Origin: Diadema antillarum
Lineage: Eukaryota
Length of the DNA: 64,000 nt
Assembly: GCF_040938485.1 (NCBI RefSeq)
Contig: NW_027271287.1
Span: 1,240,001 to 1,304,000, forward strand
Direction of reading: 5' to 3'
Shown here: one piece after another, positions 26,850 through 39,400 of the stretch
Position numbering within the stretch: position 1 is the stretch's first letter
Layout of the letters: each line of letters opens with the position of its first letter
The notes under the pieces: generated by a model
Told to the model about the DNA's origin: nothing
Databases searched by the model: none
The model's input: only the letters and a program-made list of their open reading frames with translations
Made by a program: the position numbers and the translations under genes

Positions 26850-27240
26850 GCCATATACGGGTCCGTAGTCCTAGCTCCCCATCCCATTCACCATTTTCGA
26901 AATCTGTATGCAGTACACTGCGCACGTAAATATTCATGTGCTGGCGGAGTCGCAATGCGTTTAGCCTTCTGACAAGGCCTGCGCGCGCGCACCCACCCAG
27001 AAAGCAACGCAATATACAGCGAGAGGGTTTGCCAACAGTATGATAAGGCCTTGCCACAAAGCTACACGACTTGACGGCCAGCGCATGCGCACAAATCTCA
27101 AATCCATTGACTGTATAAGATGTAGTTCTCCCGAGTTCTTCTCGACCGAGTCGCATTTAACTCATCAAACCGAGCAGAAAGGGACTATTGCCAGAACCAA
27201 AAGTTGAACGCAGTCAGTCTTCAACATTACATCTTCACCT
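26850..27240. promoter_or_regulatory. CpG-rich, probably bidirectional promoter region upstream of MRPL23, with an NRF1-type site
   Basis: gcgcatgcgca at 27081-27091; cgcgcgcg tract; plus-strand donor cct|gtaagt at 27241. Confidence 0.5.
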
Positions 27241-28801
27241 GTAAGTCTTCATATTGCAGAATTTTTGCGATTTCATATTGATTTTTAGGCGCTATACTTC
27301 GCCTGTCATGATCATGTCTGCTACAATGCGCAGCCCCAACACTGCGTGTTGGGGCTGGTCGCAGTTATAGTAAAAGTATCTCTACACTGACAGTGACACT
27401 GTAGTCTGTACAGATTCTTTCAAACACCGTTTAACGTTACACGCCCACGCCACGCTTGACTGTTACTCATGCCACCAAGCGCTGACGACCGGGAGACTTG
27501 ACAGGACCTACCTACACTCCCGTACAGATGACGATGATGATGACGAGGAGGAGCTCGCTCATGAGCTGGCCTGGTACTGGAGGAGGGAGGATGTGTCGCA
27601 AGTTACAGCTCCCTGTTCGAACTCCACAAACGGGAAATCAAGCACATGGGATTACGCAAAATACTATGGCATAAAACTTACCTCGCTCGCTACCGGTCGA
27701 CGAGGTCTGATAATATGTTAGGTACCAGTACCGGCGACAGACAAGCGCTACCATCCGCCTCTTGGCTCCTTCGCAGTCCCAAGAGATTGCTAAAACTTGC
27801 CGGTATATCACAAACTGACGTGCTTTCCTTGCCTTGAAAGTGTGTAAAGTTGTTGGAAAAGACAGCAGCTTGGTCGGTAAATCGTGCACGGCGTAAAGCC
27901 AGCATGCGCGTAATGCACTGTATTGATACGGCTGTTAGAGGGCAGTGTTCATCCTATGCAGAATCTTTTATTCACGAATTCGACATCGGCGACATGCACA
28001 ACACACACAACAGTTCCGACGACGCGTAGAAGCTCCCATACTCGATACCACGTAAGTAGTGCACGCACGTACCCGAGAAGTTACCCGAAAGTGGAGCCCC
28101 AACTTCACCCCAAACCCCCGCGGGGCACGCCTTCAACCTCTTCGCTAGCTACCTAGCCTTCGTGTCAGCTCAATCATCCCTCCCTCCTGAAAGCTCAAAG
28201 CTCAACATCTGACTGATTCTGAGCCAGTTTCTTCTGTACCAATAACATTGACTCCAGCGGTCTGGGCATCAGAAAAAACAACAACAAAAGCAAGCAAATC
28301 TACAAAAACTTCAACTCAAGTTTATGCATAGAATTAGAAATCAGTGACAGAGCAGATCTGCGTTGCGTAGTAGCCGTCACTTACGGCGTCAGTAAAGAAA
28401 GGCGCCTGCTAGCTGCTTGAACCTTTCTATATTTCTACTCTAGACATCTAACGCTAGAACTCTGTAGTGGATACGGCAAGGAAACAAACTTCACTACTCA
28501 GTGCTGATTGCAGACGGTTGGACTGTGGTAAGTATACTAGTTTGTTCATAGACCACTTAGACCTAGATCTAATTAAAATAGTAAACCAAGCTTTTTGAGC
28601 AAATTTCCAGTATAAAAAGAGGAGTAAATTTTAGACTCAGACTTGGAGTCTGGCATAGTAGTAGAATCTAATTTATCCACTAATTATTTTTATAATAATT
28701 ATAAGTTACATTGTCACATGTCAAACAGAATAGACTCTTTTCAATTTTAAGAAAGTTGTAGGAGGACTGTCCCAAGTAGAGAACAGTAACCATGGTAACT
28801 G

Positions 28802-29104
28802 CAGAGACTCCAACTCTCCCGTTTTCGACGGGAGATCTCCCGCCGAAAGCCCAATTTTGCAAAATCTCCCGTTCTCCCGTTTGAGATTTGATTTCTCCCG
28901 CCCTGGCTCTGTGTCTCCCGGTGGAAAGGATTTCTTACTTATTGCTATCGTATGTTGAAAAAATAAGCCTTAGATAGCACCAGAGAACATCTAGAACCCT
29001 AGGAACTTCGCGCTTCGCACACATCAAGTTGGAGTCTCCCGTTTGCCAGGGGTTTCGGGCGGGAGAATCTCCCGATCAGAAGGTGCTTGGGGTTGGAGTC
29101 TCTG
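28802..29104 (+). mobile_element. ~300-bp MITE, 13-bp TIR CAGAGACTCCAAC, 6-bp TSD (copy 1)
   Basis: Flanks taactg / taactg; many internal TCTCCCG motifs. Confidence 0.92.
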
Positions 29105-29239
29105 TAACTGTACATTGTACTCTGCGATTTAACCCCCTGGGCGGAGGTGCTGTAATCAGCAGGCTAAAAAAATGAAACTGACATGAATGTCATGATGTGT
29201 TGGGGTTGCTGTAAGTGTAACTGCGACCAGCCCGAACGC

Positions 29240-29446
29240 AAAGCGTTCGCACACTATCTATAACTGTGTGAAGGAGCGCCCTGGGGTAACTTATGGTTGC
29301 CAGTGCGGTAAAATATGTGAGCATAGACAGGGTTGCCGGTGCCGTAAAATATGTGAGCATAGTCTATGCTCACATATTTTACCGCACCGGCAATCATAAC
29401 CCCAGGGCGCTCCTTCACACAGTTATAGATAGTGTGCAAACGCTTT
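29240..29446. repeat. Fold-back palindrome with ~85-bp arms and internal partial duplication
   Basis: Left arm aagcgttcgcacactatctataactgtgtgaaggagcgccctgggg...gagcatagac is the reverse complement of the right arm apart from a few mismatches and one 4-nt indel; related partial sequence at about 25108-25180. Confidence 0.9.
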
Positions 29447-29849
29447 ACCATAGACCTCAATGACCTAACTGATGTTGGGCCATATACCACAGGTATAGAT
29501 TGTGAGTGAGTGAAAGTGGTTTGCCCTGCCCTATACCAGACTGTAGATCATCAGGACTCGCAAAAATGCTCGTTACCTCATCACTTGCGAAAATATCTGT
29601 ACGCAAAAGTAACGGCTCGTACTGTAAAAATCATGATTGACTTTGGCTTTGTTTATCAACTTTCCCATTTTTAAAAATGCGTTTCAATACCTAATCAAAC
29701 CAGATCGTGTTTCTTGAGTTGTTGCATAACTTATCAACATTGCTGTGAGTCGACTGGGCTGGGAGGCCTTGTCACTGCGCAGCTCCATTGCGCAGTTTGA
29801 CCAAGGAGTGAAGATGTGTGGTTGGCATGGGTGCAGGTCCTAGCTGTAA

Positions 29850-30586
29850 ACGAGTAGAAAGGCCAACAGCACACAGGGATTCCTCCAGAGAAACCTGCAT
29901 GGCTGCCCCAAGAAAATCAAAGAACAAGCCTATGTGACATACGTCCGCCCGATCCTTGAATATGCCTCAACAGCCTGGGATCCTCACTGCCAAGACCAAA
30001 TCTGGAAGTTTGAAATGGTTCAAAGGCATGCCGCTCGGTTCACTCTGGGAGATTTTCACCTTCGACACAGTGTCAGTGAAATGCTTCTCTCCTTAAAATG
30101 GCAATCTCTTGCAGAAAGAAGGGCCCAGCTGAAAGTCATCATGCTGTACCGCATCTTGCATCAACTGATTGCTTTTCCACTTGAACCACCTTACATTTAC
30201 CGGTAACACGATCATCTGGACGGAGACCTACTCAATATCGACAGCAATTCTGCAGGACCTCTGGCTTTCAAAACTCCTTCTCGATCTTCCCAAGTGTCAT
30301 ATGCTTCTGGAATCAGCTCCCCATCAGTGTGACAGCTGCTTCTTCCCTCGAACAGTTTAGGAGGCAGCTGGTTGGGGTGACACTGCGTCAAATCTAGTTG
30401 GAAGAGGAGCTAATTTTACTTGCACAAAGAGCACTTTTTACTTTTTATAGTGTATATACATTAATTGCAACAAAACAGCATCAAACAATGCAGCATGGCA
30501 CAGTAGTTTCATCACTGCAAAAAGTACGAAAATACTCTTCCCAGAGGTCAGTACTTCACCTGGAAGAAGAAGAAGAAGAAGAAGAA
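29850..30586 (+). mobile_element. 5'-truncated CR1/L2-group LINE 3' end with (GAA)8 tail
   Basis: KANSTQGFLQRNL..CPKKIKEQAYVTYVRPILEYASTAWDP...EMVQRHAARF...W.SLAERR; then a 3' UTR ending cacctg(gaa)8 at 30563-30586. Confidence 0.88.
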
Positions 30587-32536
30587 GTGTTTCAAAACGT
30601 CTTTGCATTTATTAATTATTTCTGCAGAATTGGGTTTCTGGCTCAAATGCATTTGCGATCACATTTTTTACAGCATTTCAGAACCGTTACGCATTTCAGA
30701 ACCGTTTCGCATTTCTAGCCCCATAATCAAAACAGCTTTGCATTATCAACTGCCCAAAACTCCCTGAAAGTTATTTGGAAACCTTCACTCTGTGCCAGAT
30801 TTGAGTTGATAAAGGCACACTCATACCACACCCTCAGCCGCTCTCTGCCTGGTTCTTAATTGAATTAGTCCTGTATATAGTCTGTGGTAGATCCTAATTT
30901 TTGTTTTCATGGGAGAGACCGACTTACAAATGGTAGGAATTACCCAACCACCATACTATGCCGAGTTAATTAACAGGCTCTCCTATACATTGTATGCAAA
31001 ATGTCACTTTTTTTTTTCCAGAGCCCAGAAGTCTATATATGTTTTACGTGGACAGGGAGGTGGGTGCAAAGAAGAGCTTCCAGGCACTAATGAACACTTT
31101 TGTATCCATGAACATAGTTTACATCCACTGAACCATCATTGCACCGAAATCATGGCGAACATTTCATAATTAGCTTTAGATATTTCCAATCACTCTTCAT
31201 GCATATCGCATGTGCATGAACCAACCAAATCAGCTATTGGGATACATTGATATCACTGCACTGTCAACTTTTATAAATCATGTTGTCACTCCAAACAACT
31301 CACTCTTTGCGACCGTTGTGGCATATGTACACTGCCTATACAAATTTAGATTGAAGTTGGCTATCTACCGGTACTTAATTATGCCAATAAAAAGGATATG
31401 ATGGTCTTGTACGTCCTCTAAGTAACAAAGAGTTACAGCCCGTTCCGTATGGGAACCTGGTGGCCTGTATGCTAAGTCTATGGGGATTTCAGAATTCTGT
31501 ATTGATGTATGAATGAGTACAGGTAGGTCCATGGCAAGGTGAAAAAAATTCGGTTGAGAAATTTACTAGAGTGCACACAATCAAGTATAAAGTCTACACA
31601 TATTCTAAATACGGGTATGTACTTAAAGCACACCGAACAGATACATACATGTGTGCAATGTATGACAATGAGCTTATGTGTGCACTAGGAACAGCATAAA
31701 TTCTCAACCGTCTTCTTTTAACTTATCATTTTATCATTTATGCTTTTAGCTCCTGGGAATACTGGTTAGACATCACATACCCTCAATTTGCATTTTAACA
31801 AAATAACTTCATTTTCAGATTGTGTACAGCATAGGCAGGGCAGCATTATGCCACAAAGAGTGGATAAATAACCGTTTGAGCAATGACGTGAAAGTCAAAG
31901 TAAATATGATCAATTCACGATTTGTGTCCACTTTGGTTCAAAGTTTCTTGAGTGAGTGGAAATAAACAATCTTTACTGTGATTTTGATGCACTTTACAGT
32001 TAACGACAGTAGAATATGAGATACACTGCATATACAGTGTACATGTGTACATGGATTGGATATAAAGTACAGGGCTGTTCATTAATGCCCAACTGTCATC
32101 TAGTAGAGCCGTGCTTTGGTAGCGGTATGGGCTTGCGAAATACCCCGCGGTAATTGTGCATTTGTGCAGGTAGTCTAGTCTGATTGGCCTTCCATGAGTC
32201 ATGAAGAAGGATTGATCATACTGAAATGCCAGTATATTTCTCTTTCTTTCTTTTGCAACTCGGCTGTAGCTGTGTTCTCGTACACCTATACCTGACAAAA
32301 TGCAACATGTTGCTACAAAATGCATGCATATAGGCTGTTGCTGTGGTCTCAAATTTTCTCCAAGAGACTCAAGGAGGTACAAAGGGGGACATCTCCTTGG
32401 TAGTACGACTGCGTTATTAATCACTTGTACAATGGGGAAGGGATGTAACAAGGTATTGCCCTTCTGAGCTAACTTAGCAGAATCTCATTCCCTCAAAATT
32501 GATGAATGCAGACTGTTGCTTTACGAACCCATACAC

Positions 32537-32773
32537 CAGGGCTCGACATTAGCAGTGCCCTGGGGCCACTAAAGCTACTAAAAATTGATGTCAGGCCACC
32601 AAATTTCCAAAAAGCCTAACTTTGGTGGCCCCTTTTTGGGCATTTCAAAATGGATTATGAGAAATGGTTCCATTTATTATAGGCAACAACTTTTTTCAGG
32701 CTACCAAAATTTCAGATCTAAAGATTTCATTGGTCCTAATGGACCATCTCAGAAAAAGTTAAGGTTAGCCCTG
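32537..32773. mobile_element. hAT-like non-autonomous element
   Basis: cagggctcgacattagc / gttaaggttagccctg termini; a related degenerate element lies at about 49345-49630. Confidence 0.6.
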
Positions 32774-32812
32774 TCATAAAACATGATGACACCCCCCTTC
32801 CCCCCCCCCCCA

Positions 32813-32845
<33 letters not shown>

Positions 32846-34379
32846 CGTACACACACATACACACTGGTACTGGCTGGTGGTTTTGAGGAGATTTGGAGAA
32901 TGGAACATTGATCAGTCATTTGTCAATGAAGAAACATGCACAACATCCCCGTCATACAGTGCAGCACAGCATGCAGTACATGCAGCCAAGTACTCTGTCA
33001 CACACAGATTCTCAAATGGCAGGTAATGAAATGAACTTGCTTCTACACTGTATTTGACTGGGGCTTTTCTTTTAATGTCAAATTTATTGTGAACATCCTA
33101 ATGGTTTAATTGGTTTTGCCATTGATCTGCCAACACCTGGAATCCGTAAAAGAAGATGTAGACCACACATGTACATTGACTTCCTGTACTTCCATGACAA
33201 AATCTTGTATTTTGTTGCACGGTATCTATAGTAGGTACATGTAGCTTTGTTTTCCAAGACTGGACAAAAATTGATTCAGTTTCACAGAGTCTTAAGATGA
33301 CAAAACTGGTGAGGTATGATTATGCTGAGTAAAGTGAACTTGTATCAAATGACATGTCACAGTAAGTAAGAAACTGGACCTAAACTTCTCCATCTTTCAT
33401 CTTTGATATTTCAGACTGTACAAACATCCAGATATAATGAAAATTTGACTTGTTCTCTTGTTAATAGAATGTACAACACACTATCTAAAGTTTCGTCAAA
33501 ACTCATGATGATCTGTGGGACGTCTTTGCTGGTCTTAAATATTTTGCTGTATACTACACTTGCTATAATTTACTATTCAAAGTTAATCCATGGGAAAAAA
33601 CAAAGTTTGTTCTGGACAAGGGCAAGTCCAAGATAAGGTCCCCTCAGAAGGCAAAATGTCATCTTTGCTCAATATTGACATGTTTGGTATCATTTTGAAG
33701 CTTATGAGTTGAAGTTTTGATTTCCATGGAGGAAAATTATATTATGTAAATTTGTGCAAATTTCAAGGGCTTCATTTGCATAAATGTGAAACACAGCGTT
33801 ATGTATGGGACATTTATAAAAATTCATATTTATTCAAAGGAAAGCCAATGATATTTGATTAATATATGGACATAAGAAGTTCATCAAATGGTTTAACTTG
33901 GTATGAAAATTTAGGGATTATGCAAATGATTATACAAATCAGCTCGTGTCCTATCATGAGATGTCCCATACATAACAAATTGAGGTCATTTTTTAAGGTT
34001 TTTTTCTGAAATTGCTAAGGTTATTTGAATGCCCTTTTGGAAAGTTCTAATTTATTGTTTAAAAAAATTAAATACAAGTACCATAGAAAAAAGAAAAAAT
34101 AGCAAAAGAAATATTTTTTGTTAGGCAATGAAATAATGTTACGTATGGGACAAATGCGTTACATGTACGGGACATCCTCATACATATTGCATGTGAATGC
34201 ATGTAGCTAGCTGGGAAGGTCTCTCAGTACACAAATGGTCAATCATCCTGAAGGAAGCATCCCAACTGTGTAGCTACTTTTGAGTTATAGACACTTGAAA
34301 CAATACATGTACTTGACTGAACAATTTTCAGAAAGGGGGAGGGTAAGATGGCAAAGTACACAATGAAAATCAGCATTAA

Positions 34380-34779
34380 AGGGATGGTATAGTTTTTGTA
34401 GAAATGGGGATTCAGTTTTCAACATTTTATGAGATGATTGGAAACCAATTATATGAATTACTAAGGAGCATACAATTCTAAGACAAGAGGAATTCAAAGT
34501 TTATTTGATGGAAATCCAATTTGAAATGGCTGTGATATAAAAAAAACAAAAACAAAAAAACTACATACAAAATAAGATGAAGTGGTCCTAATAAAAAAAT
34601 GTGACCCACCTTTTATCAGGACACCACATTTCTGGATATCTCAGCCATTTCAAAATGGATTTTTGTCATGTTAACTTTGAATTCCTCTTAGAATTGTATG
34701 CTATTTAAAAAAGAAGTGCTAATTATCTTGTAAAAGTTGAAATCAGAATTCCCATCTGAACCAGAACTATACAGTCCCT
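34380..34779. mobile_element. Kolobok-like 400-bp element with TTAA target duplication
   Basis: TTAA|agggatggtatagtt ... aactatacagtccct|TTAA. Confidence 0.85.
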
Positions 34780-35116
34780 TTAAGTAGAGACCTCTGATTT
34801 AAACGGTACTGAAACCGAATACACAAGCAGATTGAAAAATTGCAGTTGAACTACTAGTATATTGGGTATTGTTCACCACACAATGTAGAGCTCTAGCTAC
34901 GTTGTAGCTGCATTGTATAACACATGTGATGATAATGAAGATGTTACTTCAAATTAGTGTTTTTGTATCATTTTTTTTTTATTGCAAGTGATACACAAAT
35001 TGTCCTTATTCAGTTTTCAGTAGTAGCCATGACAAAATTCATGGGTATACATGTGACTCAAATCAATAACCTGATTGCTAGACAGACATCATATATCTAC
35101 TCGATTACTGGGGTTC

Positions 35117-35201
35117 CACGTTGAGGACGGACTAATTTTGCTACAACACGCATTTCCCATAGACACCTGCCCGAGTATACTCGGGACTCGTCCTCAACGG
35201 G
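35117..35201. mobile_element. 85-bp piggyBac-like mini-element (inverted copy of 36376-36460)
   Basis: Reverse complement of 36376-36460 with few differences; right end gtcctcaacggg|TTAA. Confidence 0.8.
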
Positions 35202-35361
35202 TTAAAATTAATATTTCTTGTGTCAAGTTGTTTTTTATTGAAACTGAATGGCATACTGCCCTTCATCAATGACAGTAAACCCTTTAAACTATTCAATTTC
35301 TTAGTAGTAACTATCCTGATAAAAATACAGTATAGGGCATGCATACATCTGTACACTGGTT

Positions 35362-35772
35362 GGTCATCAAAATATAGAATATGATTGAATATGATTATGA
35401 TGGTAAATATTTGGGGAATATTGTTCCCTTGACAATCTGGATCAGTATTTGAGTAATTTCAACTGATTCTACGTGTACCTCAATGATTATGCAAAAATTT
35501 GTTTATGGGTATTTTGCAAAATTATTTTGCAAAATACCCATAAACATGGTTCTCCACACACTAATCGAATGGGGGACAAAGGGCATGTATGCTCAGGTTG
35601 GTCATAAGAATATGAAAATATGATTGAATATGATTACGGTAAATATTTGGGGAATATTGTTTTCTTGACAATCTGGATCAGTATTTGAGTAATTTCAACT
35701 GCTTTTACTTCAATAATTATGCAAAATACCCATAAACATTGTTCTCCACACACTAAACGAATGGGGGACAAA
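35362..35772. repeat. Local tandem duplication (units about 35362-35580 and 35601-35772)
   Basis: aatatgattgaatatgatt...ggtaaatatttggggaatattgtt...gacaatctggatcagtatt...gttctccacacactaa...gaatgggggacaaag occurs twice. Confidence 0.85.
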
Positions 35773-36375
35773 GTGTCCCATACGTAACTGTCCCATACGT
35801 AACACGTTATGTCTGTCTTTAATTAGAACCTGTAACTACAGCTTTTTGCCTCATGACATGAAACTTACCTAGATAATATTGAGTGTTGTGACTTTAATCA
35901 CAGTGAGTTACAAGTTGTAGAATGAAATACTTTCAGAGAGTTTTGAGGTTGAAAAAAATGTTCAAAAAAACAAAATTTTTCTGGTCCCATACGTAACGGC
36001 ACATATTTTCTCTTCTAGAATATAATTGTGAAGGTCATTTTTCTCCATTTTTTACATGATTATACTTCTCCTAGATATCAATCACCATGATAAAGTTCAA
36101 TATGATCAAAGGCCATTAACGCTATTTTTCAGGTCATAAAAGTCTCTGAATGTCCCATATGTAATGCGCGCATTATCTTGGACTTGCCCACAACTACAGC
36201 AGAAGTTTTTCCGAGGCTTGCATGACATACTTTGTACAAGTTGTAATGTCAATGAATACAGTAGTATGCAAAATGGATCAATTTGAAATGTGCTGAGTGC
36301 AATGTAAATCTGGAGCAAAATGCTCATAACTACACTACAGGTTTTAGAGAAAAGATATTGATCAATTAGAGTTAA

Positions 36376-36460
36376 CCCGTTGAGGACGAGTCCCGAGTAT
36401 ACTCGGGCAGGTGTCTATGGGAAATGCGTGTTGTAGCAAAATCTGTCCGTCCTCAACGGG
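36376..36460. mobile_element. 85-bp piggyBac-like mini-element
   Basis: TTAA|cccgttgaggacg ... cgtcctcaacggg|TTAA: 13-bp TIRs beginning CCC, TTAA duplication, internal palindrome cccgagtatactcggg. Confidence 0.88.
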
Positions 36461-39400
36461 TTAATTTGCAAACTACAGATAGGTGATTGTCTTCTCCCTA
36501 CTGTTAACTAATACAGCTGTCAGTCTATTTACGAATTCCCTGGTGACAGCCTTTGTACCAGCTATATAGTCATGCAGAAAAGTTTCTCTTCACAAGAGCT
36601 TTTATGTTCACACATTTACTTTCAGTTGTTACACAAACATGTACCATGTACATGCAATACAATATTCTATGTAGAACGCATGCCAAGACTGCATCATGGA
36701 TTTTATAGTTAAAGCATCTATAGATTCAGTTTAATCATGGAGTTTGATTTGTATTTAATATTTCAGGTGATATGAGTACATGTTTGTAGTATTAAATTCC
36801 TACACATGCATTGCACTTTTAGAGTAATTTCTTCTTTTTTTTTTCTAATGAAATAGCTTGCATCAGTTCTTTGGTGATTGCTACACAGATAGGACAGCCA
36901 GTAGGACACAATTTCCAGTTGACAGGGAAAATCTGAGAAAACTTCTTGGGTTGTACATGAATGCATCATGAAGTTCAACAATAGTACAATCTTTGGAAGT
37001 ATTAGACCAGCCTCAACATTTCCATTCAATGCTGAAATCATTAAAAACTTTGTGGATGGGTAGCTGCTTACGAAAGGGAGAAACAAGCAGTCACACAACG
37101 AGATAATGAATACGATACCACTGAAGAGGAATACTGTTGTGTTAGGATAAGAATAGAATTTAGAAAGCGTATGTTCTGCTATTGAAAATGAAGTGTTTAA
37201 TATGATCACGTCACAGCTTCCCGAGAGACCACGGAGACAAGAGACAGATTATGATTGTTGACAGGACAGTACCATAGCCTGGCTGATGGTCTCCGAGGCT
37301 CCACATCTTTCATTAGATTGTCTGGATGGACACTAGCTTATGGTGTTGAGCCACCACTTATATCCCCAAATTCTCTGCTTTATCATATTGGGCAGTTGCG
37401 TCTGAGTCCTTAATAATAATGGTCGTGCGAGTAATAACAATAGAATACAGTCTCCTGCCCCTTACCCAGTACTAGGCTGCACTCTGGGTTCAGAAGTTCA
37501 AATACATGGTGTGTTTCAGCACTGGTGGGGATATTGGCTAGTATTTGTCTGTCTCACTGGTTATCAAAGGCAGCAAAAGAGACCAAAACAAAACAAAACA
37601 AAACAAGATCAGGAGACAAATCTCTTGTAATATATTTCAGAAAGCCTCAAGTTGAAATTGATCAATGTCGGTGTTTTGCCATTCAGACATACATTTCTTG
37701 CTGTTTCTGTTTGACCTTTTCCTGTGGGGCCAAAGAGCACACTGTGGGTAGAAATACAAGACATCATGAAATACACTTGGAAGTACTATATTGTACTTTT
37801 ATAGTTCTGTAGAGTGCCAAGATCAGGTAAAATATCTTATAACTTTGCTCATGATCTTTAACCCTGGACACTCATGGGTGCATCAAAGGTTGAGGTGTTG
37901 ACAAGTGGCACACCATCTCCACAATTTGGATGCAGTCTTTAAGCATTCTTGTATTTAACATCAAGATCATTCATAATAATTATTTATGTGCCATTTTCTG
38001 GCAACACACAGCATGAGGCAGAGTATCATGATTATTGTGCCAGCAGTGGAGGGGGAGGGGGGGGGGGGGGAAGGAGGGATGGATGCTTGTGAGCATGATG
38101 TGTTCCCTACCAATTTTATCCACGTGTTCATGGTCTATTGCACTTTCAAATTATCTAATTGTTTTACCCTTTCAAATTTGTCTAATTGTTTTACCCTGCA
38201 ATATTTAGTTCATTGGCAGCCATGACACAAACAATTTCTATTTTGCAATTTTGCTCACAGCCATCCTATTGGTAGTCATTTACATTATGTTTATAGCCAT
38301 TTCTGCATTACTGTAATGATATGGCAATTTCTGGTAATTGTTATAAAATGAAGACAGTGATGATACAACTCTAGCTCCCTGAACTCATTTTATGTCGGGG
38401 AATTGGTTATCTTCATGTTGTGTGTGCTCGTGCATTTTTTTTTTTCATCTAAGTAGTTTCATCAAAAATTATATAAGACTTATGTGAGGAAGGCTTCGTG
38501 GATTCTGCAGTTATGAATTTAGAGCGAGGAAGGAAGGTTTGGCTTCTTTTGAAGTTTCCATCAAACTCTTGAGCTGTAGATAGCGTGTTCTTTTACTGCG
38601 GTATGAGCATTTGAGGAGCGCGTCTTTCTGCAGAAGTAGTTGAAAGGTCACTGTAAGCTCTGCATCCTGAAAACACGATTCGAGGTCAAAGATGTACGTA
38701 CACATGGTCCATCGTTTCGCTGCTTAATTTTGGCAAAACGTGATCGGAAAACGCCTCAGGACTGTCATGAGAAACATGATTGGAATTATGTTTCAAATCA
38801 CCCTCCGCAATTCCAGTTTGCATTCACACAGCAAGAATACTTTTTGAAACATGATTCTAATGATGTGTTATTACAATCGTGCTTCAAATTAGCACTGTCG
38901 GCACGTATAAAAGCAAGGTTAATTTCTCCCAGAGCTCCGCCGTTACCCTCTTAAAAGTCGCAAGGCTTTGGGTTCAGGGTTGATGCATGTTTAGAATCTG
39001 TTGCAATGCTGTTAAAAACACAGAGCTAGACATTTTTAAATACTTGAAAGTATCCAATCAAATTGTATGTATTCACTCTTCACAATTAGGCAAGATATTG
39101 GAAATTTGAGAGTTTGATATTCAAGTATTGGTGCATGAGTACTGTGGCTTGCATGATACATTTATACATGTATACACTGTACATTTGTAGTTGTACATTG
39201 TACGTGGAAGGCAAACAGTGTGAATCTTACAAGATTGTTTACGCATATGATATGCCAAGTCAATATGAAATGCACTTAGCAACCTTCTTCGCCTGGGGAG
39301 CAGTAGACTGTGTGTGATAGAAGAGGATTAAAATTTCATCGTCAAGAATTTGAGGCTGTATAAATAGAAGAAAAAAAAAACCCCGGTGGAATTATTCATG

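Larger units (their letters stand above)
33790..36170. mobile_element. Old, larger non-autonomous DNA transposon with repeated 15-bp subterminal motifs, interrupted by younger MITEs
   Basis: GTTACGTATGGGACA-like motif at 33798, 34138, 34158 (forward) and 33962, 35774, 35789, 35984, 36151 (reverse). Outer boundaries are uncertain. Confidence 0.5.

Noticed and set aside
27512-27562. Minus-strand mini-ORF MSELLLVIIIVICTGV resembling a signal peptide
   Set aside because: It stops after 16 codons, and its hydrophobicity is the reverse complement of the (GAT/GAC/GAG)n tract. At most a uORF.
27374-27721. Plus-strand open frame containing DDDDDDEEEL
   Set aside because: No ATG, no good donor and no recognisable protein; a trinucleotide-like tract explains the acidic run.
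31915-32451. 178-aa minus ORF; likewise 36763-37209, 55280-55777 and 59674-60195
   Set aside because: No recognisable motifs or coding-like composition; lengths are within chance expectation for six frames over 64 kb, and one spans the N gap.
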